A DNA stretch of 32,000 nt. Source: an uncultured Alphaproteobacteria bacterium. GTDB lineage: Bacteria > Pseudomonadota > Alphaproteobacteria > Rs-D84 > CACZYB01. Shown one piece after another: positions 1-10,572 of this stretch; the stretch's first letter is position 1, and every line of letters begins with the position of its first letter. Position numbers and translations under genes: made by a program. The DNA is taken from positions 180,001 to 212,000 of the forward strand of contig CAKQHZ010000002.1 of the NCBI GenBank assembly GCA_934246625.1. The letters run 5' to 3'. Under the pieces are notes generated by a model. It worked only from the letters and a program-made list of their open reading frames with translations. It was not told the DNA's origin and searched no databases.

Positions 1-289
1 TGAATGAAATGAATTTATCGTCCTTTAACAATTTGTCCTTGAATAAATTAAGGCTTTGTATCTCTTTATTAAGATATTTTATTTTGATTGTATTTTCTTC
101 AAATTCGGAGCTTTTTGGTTGAAGGTTGTTTTGGTCATTTGAAAGTAGGTTTATTTTGTTTTGCACAGATTTTATTTTTTTTGAAATAATGCTTTGTGCG
201 GATACATCAATTGTTCTGCCTTCTTCTGTTTTATTTAAAGAATTTATGAATTCTTCTATTTCTATAATATCTTTGTTTGAATTTGCCAT
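1..289 (-). CDS. hypothetical protein, N-terminal part only (gene runs off the left edge); charged, coiled-coil-like
   Basis: A reverse-strand ATG at 289..287 opens a frame (MANSNKDIIEIEEFINSLNKTEEGRTIDVSAQSIISKK...) that stays open to position 1. It is missing from the supplied track because the window edge truncates it. It has the same orientation as ftsK and lies just downstream of it. No recognisable motif. Confidence 0.4.
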   Translation of the reverse strand, partial: MANSNKDIIEIEEFINSLNKTEEGRTIDVSAQSIISKKIKSVQNKINLLSNDQNNLQPKSSEFEENTIKIKYLNKEIQSLNLFKDKLLKDDKFISF

Positions 290-358
290 AATATATTCCT
301 TTGTTTATACCTATATAATAAACTTTTTTGTTATATTATGCAATGAGTTATTTTTCCT

Positions 359-2635
359 TTATTGGTTTTTAGTCAAGATTGTGCGTTTGCCAGTTGAATC
401 TGGAGCAGAAAGAATTCCGTTTTCTTGCATTTTTTCAATAAGGTTTGCGGATTTGTTGTATCCTATGCCAAGACGACGTTGAAGATATGAGATTGATGGT
501 CGGTCGGCTTCTAAAATAATTTGAACGGCTTGGTTGTAAAGGTTTTCATCTTTGTTTTCCTTTGTATCATTGAATACGGTTTTATCAAGAAGACTTAATG
601 CAGAATCCTTTGTCGGTTTTTCTGATGTAATATTTCTGACATAGTTTGGTTTTGCCTGAGCCTTTATAAATGTAACAACGTGTTCAATTTCGTCTTCGGA
701 TACAAATGCACCGTGAATACGGATAAGGTTGCCACCCATAGCCATATAAAGCATATCTCCCTTTCCAAGCATAAGTTCAGCACCTTGTTCATTGATAATG
801 GTTCGGCTGTCGATTTTGGAAGCTACACGATAGCTTATACGATTAGGAAAGTTTGATTTGATTGTTCCAGTGATAACATCGACAGATGGTCGTTGTGTAG
901 ACAGTATTAAGTGTATACCAGCAGCACGTGCCATTGCGGCAAGTCTTGCGATGGCGGCTTCAACTTCCTTTCCCGCAACAAGCATAAGGTCAGCCATTTC
1001 ATCGACAATGACAACAATATATGGAATAGGTTTGATTTCGATTTTTCTTTCTTCCATTATTGGTTCGCCAGTTTGTGGGTCAAAGCCAGTTTGAACTTCA
1101 CGTGTAATGAATTGTCCAGCCATTGATTTTGCCTTTTGGTTATAGGATTCAATGTTTTTTGCACCAAGGGCGGACATATTTCTATTTCTTTCTTCCATTT
1201 CACGAACTGCCCATTTAAGTGCAGCGACAGCCTTTATTGGGTCTATTACAACAGGGATAAGTAAGTGTGGAATGTCGTTATATACTGAAAATTCCAACAT
1301 CTTTGGGTCAATCATTATGAATTTGCATTCGTCAGGTGTGAATTTGTAAAGAAGTGAAAGTATCATTCCGTTCACACCAACTGATTTACCAGAACCAGTT
1401 GTTCCAGCAATAAGTAAGTGAGGCATTTTTGCCAAATCTACGAATACAGGATTTCCACTTGTATCACTTCCAAGTGAAATAGGAAGAGTGTGTTCGGTTT
1501 TTGCAAAGGTTGAGCTTTCGAATTGTTCGCGAAGATATACCATTTTTCGGTGTGTGTTTGGAAGTTCTATACCAATTTTGTTTGTTCCTGGAATAACTGC
1601 AACACGGGCAGAGAGGGCTGACATATTTCGTGCAATATCTTCGGATAATGCAGTGATGCGAGATGTTTTTATTCCACGGCCAGGTTCCATTTCAAAAAGG
1701 GTGATAACTGGACCTGTTTTTATGCTTGTGATTTTACCTTCTATACCAAATTCGGTGAGAATGTTTTCAAGCATTTTTGCCTTTTTTACATTTATTTCAT
1801 CGTTAATGTTTGAATTTTTATCTGATTTAATAGGGTTAAGTAAATCAGTTGTTGGAAGAATGTATTTTGGTTTTGTGTTTATAATTTTTCGTTCAATTTT
1901 TGGCTCAGTTGGTTTTAAATCTTCTACAGAAGAAATTGATTTTTCAGTAGGTGTTTTCCTTTTTAATTGTGCAATCTTTATAGTTTGTTTTTTTAGTATT
2001 TTTGATTGGATAAAGTTTAATGTCTTTATATAAAGTTCGATTGATTTTTCTCTTATATATATGATGGAATTTTTATCCATATTTAGTGCATAGTAAAGTG
2101 TTAATATGTTTAAAGCAATGCTTAGTAAAACAAGGATAATTTGAAAGTATGGTGAAAGGTTAAGTGTTGTTAAAATATCCTTTAAATCGGATTTTATTAT
2201 AAAGCCAGTAAGTCCGCCAAGTCCAGTTTGAGTTGGAGATGTCCTAAATATAATGTTTGATAGATAAGATAAATTTAATGATAAAAATATTGTGCTTAAT
2301 ATCATATAAATTGAAATTTTTTTATATGAATATTTTAAGTATGATTTTTTTATAAAATATCGGCCAAAGATATATAAAAAATAATTTGTTAAAAAAGATG
2401 TTAGACCTAAAAGTTCATACATAAACTTTGCATAATTTGAGCCAATTTTCCCACATAAATTTTTTATTTGAAATGTTGATGCGGTTGTAAAACTATTGTC
2501 TGTTTGTGTGAATGAAAGTAGAGAAATTGTGAAAAACAAACTTAAAAAAACAAGAAAGACACCAAAAGCCTTTTGGCATAACTTTATTAAATAATGCTTA
2601 ATGGTTTCTGGTATGAAGCTTTCTTGTTTTTTCAT
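359..2635 (-). CDS. ftsK: DNA translocase FtsK
   Basis: 758 aa. N-terminal multi-TM region, Lys/Pro-rich linker, and a motor domain with Walker A GTTGSGKSV and Walker B VVIVDEMADLM. C-terminal gamma winged-helix (SISYLQRRLGIGYNKSANLIEKMQENGILS). Confidence 0.95.
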   Translation of the reverse strand: MKKQESFIPETIKHYLIKLCQKAFGVFLVFLSLFFTISLLSFTQTDNSFTTASTFQIKNLCGKIGSNYAKFMYELLGLTSFLTNYFLYIFGRYFIKKSYLKYSYKKISIYMILSTIFLSLNLSYLSNIIFRTSPTQTGLGGLTGFIIKSDLKDILTTLNLSPYFQIILVLLSIALNILTLYYALNMDKNSIIYIREKSIELYIKTLNFIQSKILKKQTIKIAQLKRKTPTEKSISSVEDLKPTEPKIERKIINTKPKYILPTTDLLNPIKSDKNSNINDEINVKKAKMLENILTEFGIEGKITSIKTGPVITLFEMEPGRGIKTSRITALSEDIARNMSALSARVAVIPGTNKIGIELPNTHRKMVYLREQFESSTFAKTEHTLPISLGSDTSGNPVFVDLAKMPHLLIAGTTGSGKSVGVNGMILSLLYKFTPDECKFIMIDPKMLEFSVYNDIPHLLIPVVIDPIKAVAALKWAVREMEERNRNMSALGAKNIESYNQKAKSMAGQFITREVQTGFDPQTGEPIMEERKIEIKPIPYIVVIVDEMADLMLVAGKEVEAAIARLAAMARAAGIHLILSTQRPSVDVITGTIKSNFPNRISYRVASKIDSRTIINEQGAELMLGKGDMLYMAMGGNLIRIHGAFVSEDEIEHVVTFIKAQAKPNYVRNITSEKPTKDSALSLLDKTVFNDTKENKDENLYNQAVQIILEADRPSISYLQRRLGIGYNKSANLIEKMQENGILSAPDSTGKRTILTKNQ

Positions 2636-2649
2636 AATATTGCATAATA

Positions 2650-2859
2650 TTATTTTTTTGTTTTTGCATTTGATTTTTTCTTAGAAGGTGTTTTTTTAGA
2701 AGAAGGTTTTTTTGTTGGTTTTGCCTTTTCTTCCTTTATTGTTTTTTTAAATACATTTATGCCTTCTGCAAAGTTTTGCATAATCTTTGGAAAACGTCCA
2801 GCACCAAAGACTATAAGAACGATGATTAAGATAAGCAATAATTCTTGAAAACCTATCAT
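2650..2859 (-). CDS. tatA: Sec-independent (Tat) translocase subunit TatA/E
   Basis: 69 aa. N-terminal TM helix followed by the FGAGRFP hinge motif, an amphipathic helix and a Lys-rich tail. No tatB or tatC is adjacent. Confidence 0.85.
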   Translation of the reverse strand: MIGFQELLLILIIVLIVFGAGRFPKIMQNFAEGINVFKKTIKEEKAKPTKKPSSKKTPSKKKSNAKTKK

Positions 2860-2869
2860 TGTATGTTCC

Positions 2870-3706
2870 TTATTTTACAACAAAGCAAGAAACTTTGTAT
2901 GCTTTTAATTGATTACAAATATCTGTTGCCTGTTCAGAAGTTGCGATGTTTGAAACACGTAATCTGTAGTATGTTTTTCCATTTACTTCTGTTTTATTTA
3001 TTGTATGAGATTTGTTTCCCAAAATTGATGGATATTTCTTTGATAAATTATCCCATTCTGTTTTGGCAGCTGACTCTGTGCTTGTTGATACTAATTGAAT
3101 ATTCCAAATACCTGTTTTTGTAAGTGGGTTTGGTGTCAATGAAAGTTCAACTTCGCCAGGGATACCAGTTTTCTTTTCAACAAATTTTTCTTCTTTATAA
3201 GATGTGATTACAGGAGCCTTTTTTTCAACACGTTCTGTTTTTGCAACTGGTTTTACAGGAGCCTTTTTAACAGAAGGTTTCTTTGCTACCTTTTTAGGAA
3301 GAGGAGCTGGTTGAGAAGGTTTTGCAATTTGATTTTGTGAAATAAATTCCTTTGTTTGTAAATCAAAAGCATTTGGATTTTCATATATAGATGCGTTTTC
3401 AAATACTTCGTTTGATTGATTTATATCAGGAGTTATTTTAAATGGTTCTGATGGTTGTGAAATTGTTGGAATTTCAGCCAAATTGTTAATATCAGAAGAT
3501 TTCTTTTTTGAAGTTAAAAGAACTGCTAAAATTGCGGCGACAACTGCACCAGCACTTATTGCAATTACAATATTTTTTAATCCAGATTTATCGGTCTTTT
3601 CCCCGTAGTTGATGCCAGAAGAAGATGTATTTTCTTCATCAAAATTTTCGTTTTTGATTTCTCCAAAAAATTCGTTCTCTCTATCAATCATAATTTTTCC
3701 CTTCAT
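2870..3706 (-). CDS. SPOR domain-containing (peptidoglycan-binding, division-site) membrane protein
   Basis: Single TM segment (IVIAISAGAVVAAILAVLL), Pro/Lys-rich linker, and a C-terminal SPOR-like domain (WNIQLVSTSTESAAKTEWDNLSKKY...YYRLRVSNIATSEQATDICNQLK). The alternative start ATG at 3691 has a better SD (AAGGGA). Confidence 0.8.
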   Translation of the reverse strand: MKGKIMIDRENEFFGEIKNENFDEENTSSSGINYGEKTDKSGLKNIVIAISAGAVVAAILAVLLTSKKKSSDINNLAEIPTISQPSEPFKITPDINQSNEVFENASIYENPNAFDLQTKEFISQNQIAKPSQPAPLPKKVAKKPSVKKAPVKPVAKTERVEKKAPVITSYKEEKFVEKKTGIPGEVELSLTPNPLTKTGIWNIQLVSTSTESAAKTEWDNLSKKYPSILGNKSHTINKTEVNGKTYYRLRVSNIATSEQATDICNQLKAYKVSCFVVK

Positions 3707-3910
3707 TTTATTAGAGTATCTTTATTATATACCAAAAATAAAAATATTTCTAGTATATTTTTTATAATTTATTTGTATAAATTTACAGCAACTTTAGGTT
3801 GAAAATCTTAATATTTTCGAAAAACGCGATATATGTTGTTGACTTTTGAAAAGAATCGGCATAGTGTGAAATTGTTCTTTATTTGTTCCATATTTAAGGA
3901 GGAGGGTAAA

Positions 3911-4279
3911 ATGATACATAAAAAGGAACTTTCGGAAAATGACACGAATGAGGTTTTATTTGATTGTGCAGAGGAGGCTTGGTTTTGGTATTGCAAATAT
4001 GAAAATAAAAATCCTTTTAAATCAAAAAATTCAAATAAAGTTATCGTAAGACCTTGTGTTTTAGATGATATTTATATTTCTGTTGTAAAGTTATATTTGG
4101 CAAAGAAAATCAGTGAAAGACATATAAAAACTCTTGTAAAATATGGCAGATTGCTTTGTCCACCAGATGCAAGAATCAAAGAAGAGGAAATGGAGGCGTT
4201 ATGGTGGGACGATGCGATGGATAAATTGGAAACAGTGTTGATTAAAAAGGGAATTGTTCGATGCAAGAATTTGGATTAA
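3911..4279 (+). CDS. hypothetical small protein (122 aa), Trp/Cys-containing, helical
   Basis: A strong SD (AAGGAGGAGGG) lies 5-6 nt upstream of ATG 3911, which is internal to track ORF 3833..4279. The 3' end overlaps the next ORF by 19 nt. I recognise no family. Confidence 0.6.
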   Translation: MIHKKELSENDTNEVLFDCAEEAWFWYCKYENKNPFKSKNSNKVIVRPCVLDDIYISVVKLYLAKKISERHIKTLVKYGRLLCPPDARIKEEEMEALWWDDAMDKLETVLIKKGIVRCKNLD

Positions 4280-4641
4280 CTTATAAATGGGATAATGTGT
4301 GGGTTGTGTTTTCTCCGTTTACAAATTTTAAAATTTTGAAATTTTTACATTTGGGGTTTAAACATTGCTTTGTAATTTTAGAAAACTGTGGCAATTTCTT
4401 TATTGTAGATCCGTTGGCTTTTAAAATAGAAGTGTATTCGTTTTATTTAGGTAAAGATAACCTGTTTCCCTATTTACAAAAAATGGGAATGACGGTTGTC
4501 AAAACAAATATCAAAGGTGATTTTAAAACAAATTGGCATTTTTCAATTTTTACTTGTGTAGAAGTGGTAAAAAGGATTTTAGGAATATCCAAAATATCAA
4601 TAATTACGCCTTATCAACTTTATAAATATCTTGTAAAATAA
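4261..4641 (+). CDS. hypothetical protein (126 aa); possible permuted papain-like/NlpC-P60-like fold (His before Cys)
   Basis: SD AAGGGA lies 8 nt upstream, and the start overlaps the upstream ORF. GFKHCFVIL (His on a strand) is followed about 65 aa later by FTCVEVVKRILG (Cys at a helix N-terminus, resembling xCSELV motifs of permuted NlpC/P60-LRAT-type enzymes). The fold assignment is inference only. Confidence 0.5.
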   Translation: MQEFGLTYKWDNVWVVFSPFTNFKILKFLHLGFKHCFVILENCGNFFIVDPLAFKIEVYSFYLGKDNLFPYLQKMGMTVVKTNIKGDFKTNWHFSIFTCVEVVKRILGISKISIITPYQLYKYLVK

Positions 4642-4710
4642 TATACTGGATTTTATTTTATTTTTTGATATACTTTTTATGTATTGAATATAATATATAA
4701 AAGGAGTGTT

Positions 4711-5940
4711 ATGTTTAATTTTAATTTTGGATTGCCTGACTTTTCTTTGATTTTTGATTATGTTGGCAATTTTTATTATTGGCTTAAAATGTCAAATGCA
4801 GGACGTCTTGTCATTGCAAGTTTTATTTTACTTTTTGCTTTTATTGTAAAGGATATTTTTTCCTTTTTTATTGTTAAGTTATTAAACTTTTTGGTGTTGA
4901 AAAAAATTACTTATGGTCAGGAAAAATCATTACGTGAAATTGGCCAGCCGATTGAATTTATTCCAATTGTAGTTGGAAGTTATTTCGCTATTTCTGTATT
5001 GAATATTCCTTCATATCTTGTTTTTTATACAAGAAATTTATTGAAATCACTTTATGTATTTAATACTTTTTGGCTTATGTATTCCTTTATTGGCCCAGTG
5101 GCTGTAATATTTAAAAAAACACATCTTGATAATACAAAAACCGTTATTATTACTTGGACTGCACGAATTTTAAAATTCCTTGTGTTTATAATTGGTTTTT
5201 CTGTGTTTTTGGAAAATTGGGGTGTCGAAGTCAGCACATTGATTGCTTCTTTGGGACTTGTCGGTATGGCTGTGGCTTTGGGTGCACAGGATATGTTTAA
5301 AAATATTATTTCTGGTATGGCAATTATTTCAGAAAAAAGATTTAATATCGGCGATATTATTAAAATTGATAATTCAGCTAATCCAATTGAGGGTGTCGTT
5401 GAAAATATTGGTTTTCGTTCTACTATGATACGAAAGTTTGATAGGGCCCCATTATATGTCCCAAATAGCACTTTGGCAGATGCCGCAGTGATAAATTTTT
5501 CTTCACGTAGATATAGACGTATAGAGTGGATTATTGCGCTTGAGTATAGAACAACTGCAAATCAGCTTAGATATATTCGTCAGGAAATTGAAAAATATTT
5601 AATTGAAAATAATACTTTTGTAAAGCCTCCTGAATCAATTATGCAAGTCAGAATTGATAAAATTGGAACATCTTCTATTGATTTGTTGGTGTATTGTTTC
5701 GCAAATACTAATGTATGGGCAGAATGGCTTAAAATAAAAGAAGACCTTGTTTTAAAAATTAAGGAAGTCGTTGAGGAAGCAAGAGCAAACTTTGCTTATA
5801 ACTCTACATCAATTTATGTGGAAAAGGTTGATAACAATCTTGTAAAAAGACGTTTGCCAAATGAATTGATTTCTGAGATAAAAGATGATAAAAATAAGGT
5901 TGATAATAATTTATATTTATTTCAGTCTGAGGATATATAA
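4711..5940 (+). CDS. mechanosensitive ion channel, MscS family
   Basis: Several N-terminal TM helices, then the pore helix and beta-domain signature GLVGMAVALGAQDMFKNIISGMAIISEKRFNIGDII. The start is placed at ATG 4711 (SD AAAGGAG 5 nt upstream) rather than the track's TTG at 4684. Confidence 0.9.
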   Translation: MFNFNFGLPDFSLIFDYVGNFYYWLKMSNAGRLVIASFILLFAFIVKDIFSFFIVKLLNFLVLKKITYGQEKSLREIGQPIEFIPIVVGSYFAISVLNIPSYLVFYTRNLLKSLYVFNTFWLMYSFIGPVAVIFKKTHLDNTKTVIITWTARILKFLVFIIGFSVFLENWGVEVSTLIASLGLVGMAVALGAQDMFKNIISGMAIISEKRFNIGDIIKIDNSANPIEGVVENIGFRSTMIRKFDRAPLYVPNSTLADAAVINFSSRRYRRIEWIIALEYRTTANQLRYIRQEIEKYLIENNTFVKPPESIMQVRIDKIGTSSIDLLVYCFANTNVWAEWLKIKEDLVLKIKEVVEEARANFAYNSTSIYVEKVDNNLVKRRLPNELISEIKDDKNKVDNNLYLFQSEDI

Positions 5941-5942
5941 TA

Positions 5943-6641
5943 ATGTCTATGTTTAAACAAATTATGAAAAAAAATATTACTATCAATATTGTGTCTTTTA
6001 TTGGATTTTTACTTGTCCGATTGGTTCAATTGCTTTCATGGACAAAGTATGTTAATCGAAAAAAATTGACAGATTATCTTAAAACTGGGAAGCCTGTGAT
6101 TGTTGTGTTTTGGCATTCAAGAAGTATGCTTATGACAAAGGTGTGGCCGAAAAAATATCCTGTGTATGGAATTTTTTCAACTCATAGTGATGGTCGTATT
6201 ATTGGAAAAATTTATAATCATTTGGGTATTAAAAATGTGCTTTCTTCCTCTAAATCCACAGTCGGAGCAAAGGAAGTTGTGTTTAAGTTTTTACGACTTT
6301 TGAAAAGTGGTGTGTCAGTTGGACTTACTCCTGATGGTCCATTGGGACCAGTGTTTACTTTTGCAACGGATAGTGTGTTCTTATTTGCAAAGTCAAGTGG
6401 GGCTCCGATTGTTCCTTTGTATGTATCCGCAAGTAGAGTGAAATTTTTAAATAGTTGGGATAAATATATGATTGTAAAACCTTTTTCAAAATCAATTATT
6501 GAAGTTGGTGATTTTGTTTGGGTTGATAAAAAGGCAACAGATGCAGAAATTTCAAAAATTAAGGCTGATTTAACAAAAGTTATGGTAGAAAAAACTGTGG
6601 CGTTGGATAAGAAAATGAATGTGTATAACAAAGGAGAATGA
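5943..6641 (+). CDS. DUF374-type lysophospholipid acyltransferase family protein
   Basis: N-terminal TM. Motifs FWHSR, STHSDGRIIG and GLTPDGPLGP are typical of the DUF374 proteins that commonly sit directly upstream of waaA. Its stop overlaps the waaA start region. Confidence 0.8.
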   Translation: MSMFKQIMKKNITINIVSFIGFLLVRLVQLLSWTKYVNRKKLTDYLKTGKPVIVVFWHSRSMLMTKVWPKKYPVYGIFSTHSDGRIIGKIYNHLGIKNVLSSSKSTVGAKEVVFKFLRLLKSGVSVGLTPDGPLGPVFTFATDSVFLFAKSSGAPIVPLYVSASRVKFLNSWDKYMIVKPFSKSIIEVGDFVWVDKKATDAEISKIKADLTKVMVEKTVALDKKMNVYNKGE

Positions 6642-6643
6642 TT

Positions 6644-7921
6644 ATGAAATTGTATTTATATAGATTATTAACTTTTTTAGCAAAACCTTTTATAAGACCT
6701 ATTCTTTGTATAAGACGTAAAAATGGACTTGAAACCACAGATAAAAATCGAAAGTGTGAACGTTTTGGTTATGCTTCTGTGAAACGTCCAAGTGGAAAAG
6801 TTTATTGGTTTAATGCCGCATCGGTTGGTGAAAGTAATTCTATTATTTCAGTTGTAAATGAAATACTTGATTATTATAAAGATGTGTCTGTTTTGATTAC
6901 AACTACAACTTTGACTGCAGGTAATAATATTGCAAAAAAATTTAATGGCAATAAACGTGTTATTCATCAATTTTTGCCTATTGATAGACGTGCTTATGTT
7001 GATAGATTTTTCAAGTATTGGAAACCAACAGTTGGATTTTTTGTTGATAGTGATTTTTGGCCTAATCTCATTTTATCTGCAAAGGCAAATAATGTTCCAT
7101 TGATTTTGTTAAATGGTCGAATTTCAGATAGGTCATTTGCTCGATATGAAAAAAATTTGGATTTTTGTAAGCCTTTGATGTCTGCTTTTATTTATGGTTT
7201 TGGTAAATCTGAAGAAGATAGAAAACGTATTGAGGTTATGGGTATAAAAAATACTGTTTGTGTTGGTAATTTAAAGTATGGTGTGCCAGTGCTTGGTTAT
7301 GATAAAGATGAGTTAAATAAACTTAGAAAAATGATTGGTAATAGACATTTGTTTGTCGTTTCAAGTACTCACCCAGGAGAAGAAGAACGTTTGCTTTGTG
7401 GATTTTTGATAATAAAGAAACGCTATCCTGATGTGCTTATGATTATTGCTCCTCGCCACCCTGCACGTGGAGCAGAGATAAAGGATTTTGTCGTTGCAAA
7501 TGGACTTAAGGCATCTCTTCGTTCCGCTGGTGAACCAATTAAAGCTGATACAGATGTTTATGTTGCTGATACAATGGGCGAACTTGGATTATTTTATACT
7601 TTGTCAAATGTTGTGTTTGTTGGTGGGTCATTTGCAAATATTGGAGGACATAATCCAATGGAACCTGCTAGACTTCATTGTGTTGTGTTAAGTGGTAAGA
7701 TTATTCATAATTTTAAGGAAACTTATGATATTCTTATTAAACATAATTGTGTTGCAATGGTTGATGATGAAAATGATTTTGCAAGTAAGGTTAAAAGTTT
7801 CTTTGAACACCCTGATATTATGAAACAGTATATGGATAAGGCGTTTGAAGTGGCTGAACGTGAAGCTGATGTTTTGGAAAGAACTATGGATAAATTAAAG
7901 CCTATTTTGGATAATGTTTAA
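6644..7921 (+). CDS. waaA: 3-deoxy-D-manno-octulosonic acid (Kdo) transferase
   Basis: About 425 aa. N-terminal WFNAASVGE motif and C-terminal GGSFANIGGHNPMEPA motif, as in WaaA/KdtA. ATG 6644 lies 7 nt after SD AAGGAG; the track ORF starts at 6638. Confidence 0.9.
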   Translation: MKLYLYRLLTFLAKPFIRPILCIRRKNGLETTDKNRKCERFGYASVKRPSGKVYWFNAASVGESNSIISVVNEILDYYKDVSVLITTTTLTAGNNIAKKFNGNKRVIHQFLPIDRRAYVDRFFKYWKPTVGFFVDSDFWPNLILSAKANNVPLILLNGRISDRSFARYEKNLDFCKPLMSAFIYGFGKSEEDRKRIEVMGIKNTVCVGNLKYGVPVLGYDKDELNKLRKMIGNRHLFVVSSTHPGEEERLLCGFLIIKKRYPDVLMIIAPRHPARGAEIKDFVVANGLKASLRSAGEPIKADTDVYVADTMGELGLFYTLSNVVFVGGSFANIGGHNPMEPARLHCVVLSGKIIHNFKETYDILIKHNCVAMVDDENDFASKVKSFFEHPDIMKQYMDKAFEVAEREADVLERTMDKLKPILDNV

Positions 7922-7933
7922 GGTTTTTGTTTT

Positions 7934-8617
7934 ATGAATGTGTATTGTTCTTTTGATAACAAAATTGTAAAAAATTTTGATAAGGAATTGTTCCTTAAAA
8001 TTGAAAATTATCTTCTTTTGTCTGGTGTTGCATCGGATAAAGAAGATTTTTCAGTTATTAAAGAGCGACTTGTTAATCCTCCTCATCTTTTGCCAGAAGA
8101 GTTTGCATACGAAGTTTTTTATGTGATACTTGCAAGTGGGTTTAAGCAAAAAATTGCAAAGGAAAAATTTCTTCAAATAAAATCATTTATTGAAAATGGT
8201 GGTTGTGTTTTGCCCGAAAATTTGCTTGTGATTTTTGGTAATAAAAATAAAATCAATGCCATTTGTCGTGTGTGGAATAATAGGGATAATTATTGTAATA
8301 ATTTTTATTTGCAACCGGATATTGATTCAAAGATGAAGTATTTGGCGACTTTGCCACACATTGGTGAAATTACAAAAAATCATTTGGCACGAAATCTTGG
8401 TATAAATCAGGTAAAGTATGATGTGTGGATACAAAGACTCGGAATTGCATTATATGGTGATGATACTATGGTCGATGGTTTTCCTTTATCCGATTGTGTA
8501 AAATGTGCTTGTGATAAAATGTTTGATAAACTTGTTTGTGATACAAAACTTCCTCGCGGATATATTGATGTTGTGTTGTGGAAGGCGTGTCAAATAGGGG
8601 TACTTTTCTTTAAGTAA
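7934..8617 (+). CDS. hypothetical protein with a helix-hairpin-helix motif; HhH-GPD (endonuclease III/glycosylase)-like
   Basis: 227 aa. LATLPHIGEITKNHLARNLG resembles the LPGVGxKTA HhH element. It is followed by YDVWIQRLG, which resembles the VDTHvxRvxxRLG segment carrying the catalytic Asp. The C-terminus is Cys-rich. The family call is inference. Confidence 0.55.
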   Translation: MNVYCSFDNKIVKNFDKELFLKIENYLLLSGVASDKEDFSVIKERLVNPPHLLPEEFAYEVFYVILASGFKQKIAKEKFLQIKSFIENGGCVLPENLLVIFGNKNKINAICRVWNNRDNYCNNFYLQPDIDSKMKYLATLPHIGEITKNHLARNLGINQVKYDVWIQRLGIALYGDDTMVDGFPLSDCVKCACDKMFDKLVCDTKLPRGYIDVVLWKACQIGVLFFK

Positions 8618-8688
8618 AAAGGTATTCTTTCATTAAAATAATCCTTGAGTTTTCTTTGATTTACTTGTATCTTTTTGTATATAGATAA

Positions 8689-9690
<1,002 letters not shown>

Positions 9691-10572
9691 ATGAAGCGTT
9701 TTGGCAAAGTTTTTGCACGATTTATTTGTGTCTTTATTTTAAATAAAAATTTACGAAGAAGGGTTCGTTGGATATTGGACCCTTGTTCTCCACCAAATTT
9801 GATAAAATATTTTGGGAAAAAGTATTTGCCGAAAGTTCAAATTTCAAAAAAATTTAATTGTGGGGAAAAATCAGATTATATTTTTCAATGTTGGCTTCAA
9901 GGGTATGATAATGCTCCAAATATTGTAAAAAATTGTATTGATAGTGTGGAAAAATTTAAGGGGCATAGAAAACATATTATTATTACAAATGAAAATCTTT
10001 CTGATTGGGTGAATATACCACAATTTATTTTGGACAAGTATAAAAATGGTGAAATAGGTCATGCTCATTTTGCAGATATTTTGCGACTTTATTTACTTTC
10101 ACAATATGGTGGGTATTGGATTGATACGACTTGTTTAATGACAGATAATATTCCTGATGTTATTGAGAATAGTAATTTCTTTATGTTCCACTCTTCTGGA
10201 AAATGGGAGTGGACATTGATAAATAATTGTTTTATCCGTTCGTATAAGGAAAATAGTTTTATTAACTCTTGGCGTGATATGTTGACTGAATATTGGAGGG
10301 GTGAAAATAGGGCGTTGGATTATTTCTTTTGCCATTTGCTTTTCAGGACATTGCTTTTGAATCCAATGTTGAAATCTGAATTCGATAAAATGCCAATTAT
10401 TTCACAAGAGGAGATTCACAAACTTGCTTTTTGTTTGGGAGATGAGTTAAATCAAAAACAAATTGATGAGGTTTGTAAAGTTTCATTTATACAAAAACTG
10501 ACTTATAAATTATCAAATGGAGAGTTTGATAATCCAAAGTCAGTTGCGTCAATATTAAATAAAAGAGATTAG
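9691..10572 (+). CDS. capsular-polysaccharide-synthesis-type glycosyltransferase (Caps_synth / Gly_transf_sug-like)
   Basis: The ATG directly abuts the obg stop. IFQCWLQG...NAPNIVKNCIDS and HAHFADILRLYLLSQYGGYWIDTTC resemble the conserved core of Caps_synth/OCH1-like sugar transferases. Confidence 0.7.
   Translation: MKRFGKVFARFICVFILNKNLRRRVRWILDPCSPPNLIKYFGKKYLPKVQISKKFNCGEKSDYIFQCWLQGYDNAPNIVKNCIDSVEKFKGHRKHIIITNENLSDWVNIPQFILDKYKNGEIGHAHFADILRLYLLSQYGGYWIDTTCLMTDNIPDVIENSNFFMFHSSGKWEWTLINNCFIRSYKENSFINSWRDMLTEYWRGENRALDYFFCHLLFRTLLLNPMLKSEFDKMPIISQEEIHKLAFCLGDELNQKQIDEVCKVSFIQKLTYKLSNGEFDNPKSVASILNKRD

Noticed and set aside
126-482. A 118-aa plus-strand ORF at the left end.
   Set aside because: It overlaps both the 3' end of ftsK and the truncated minus-strand gene, and has hydrophobic low-complexity composition and no SD.
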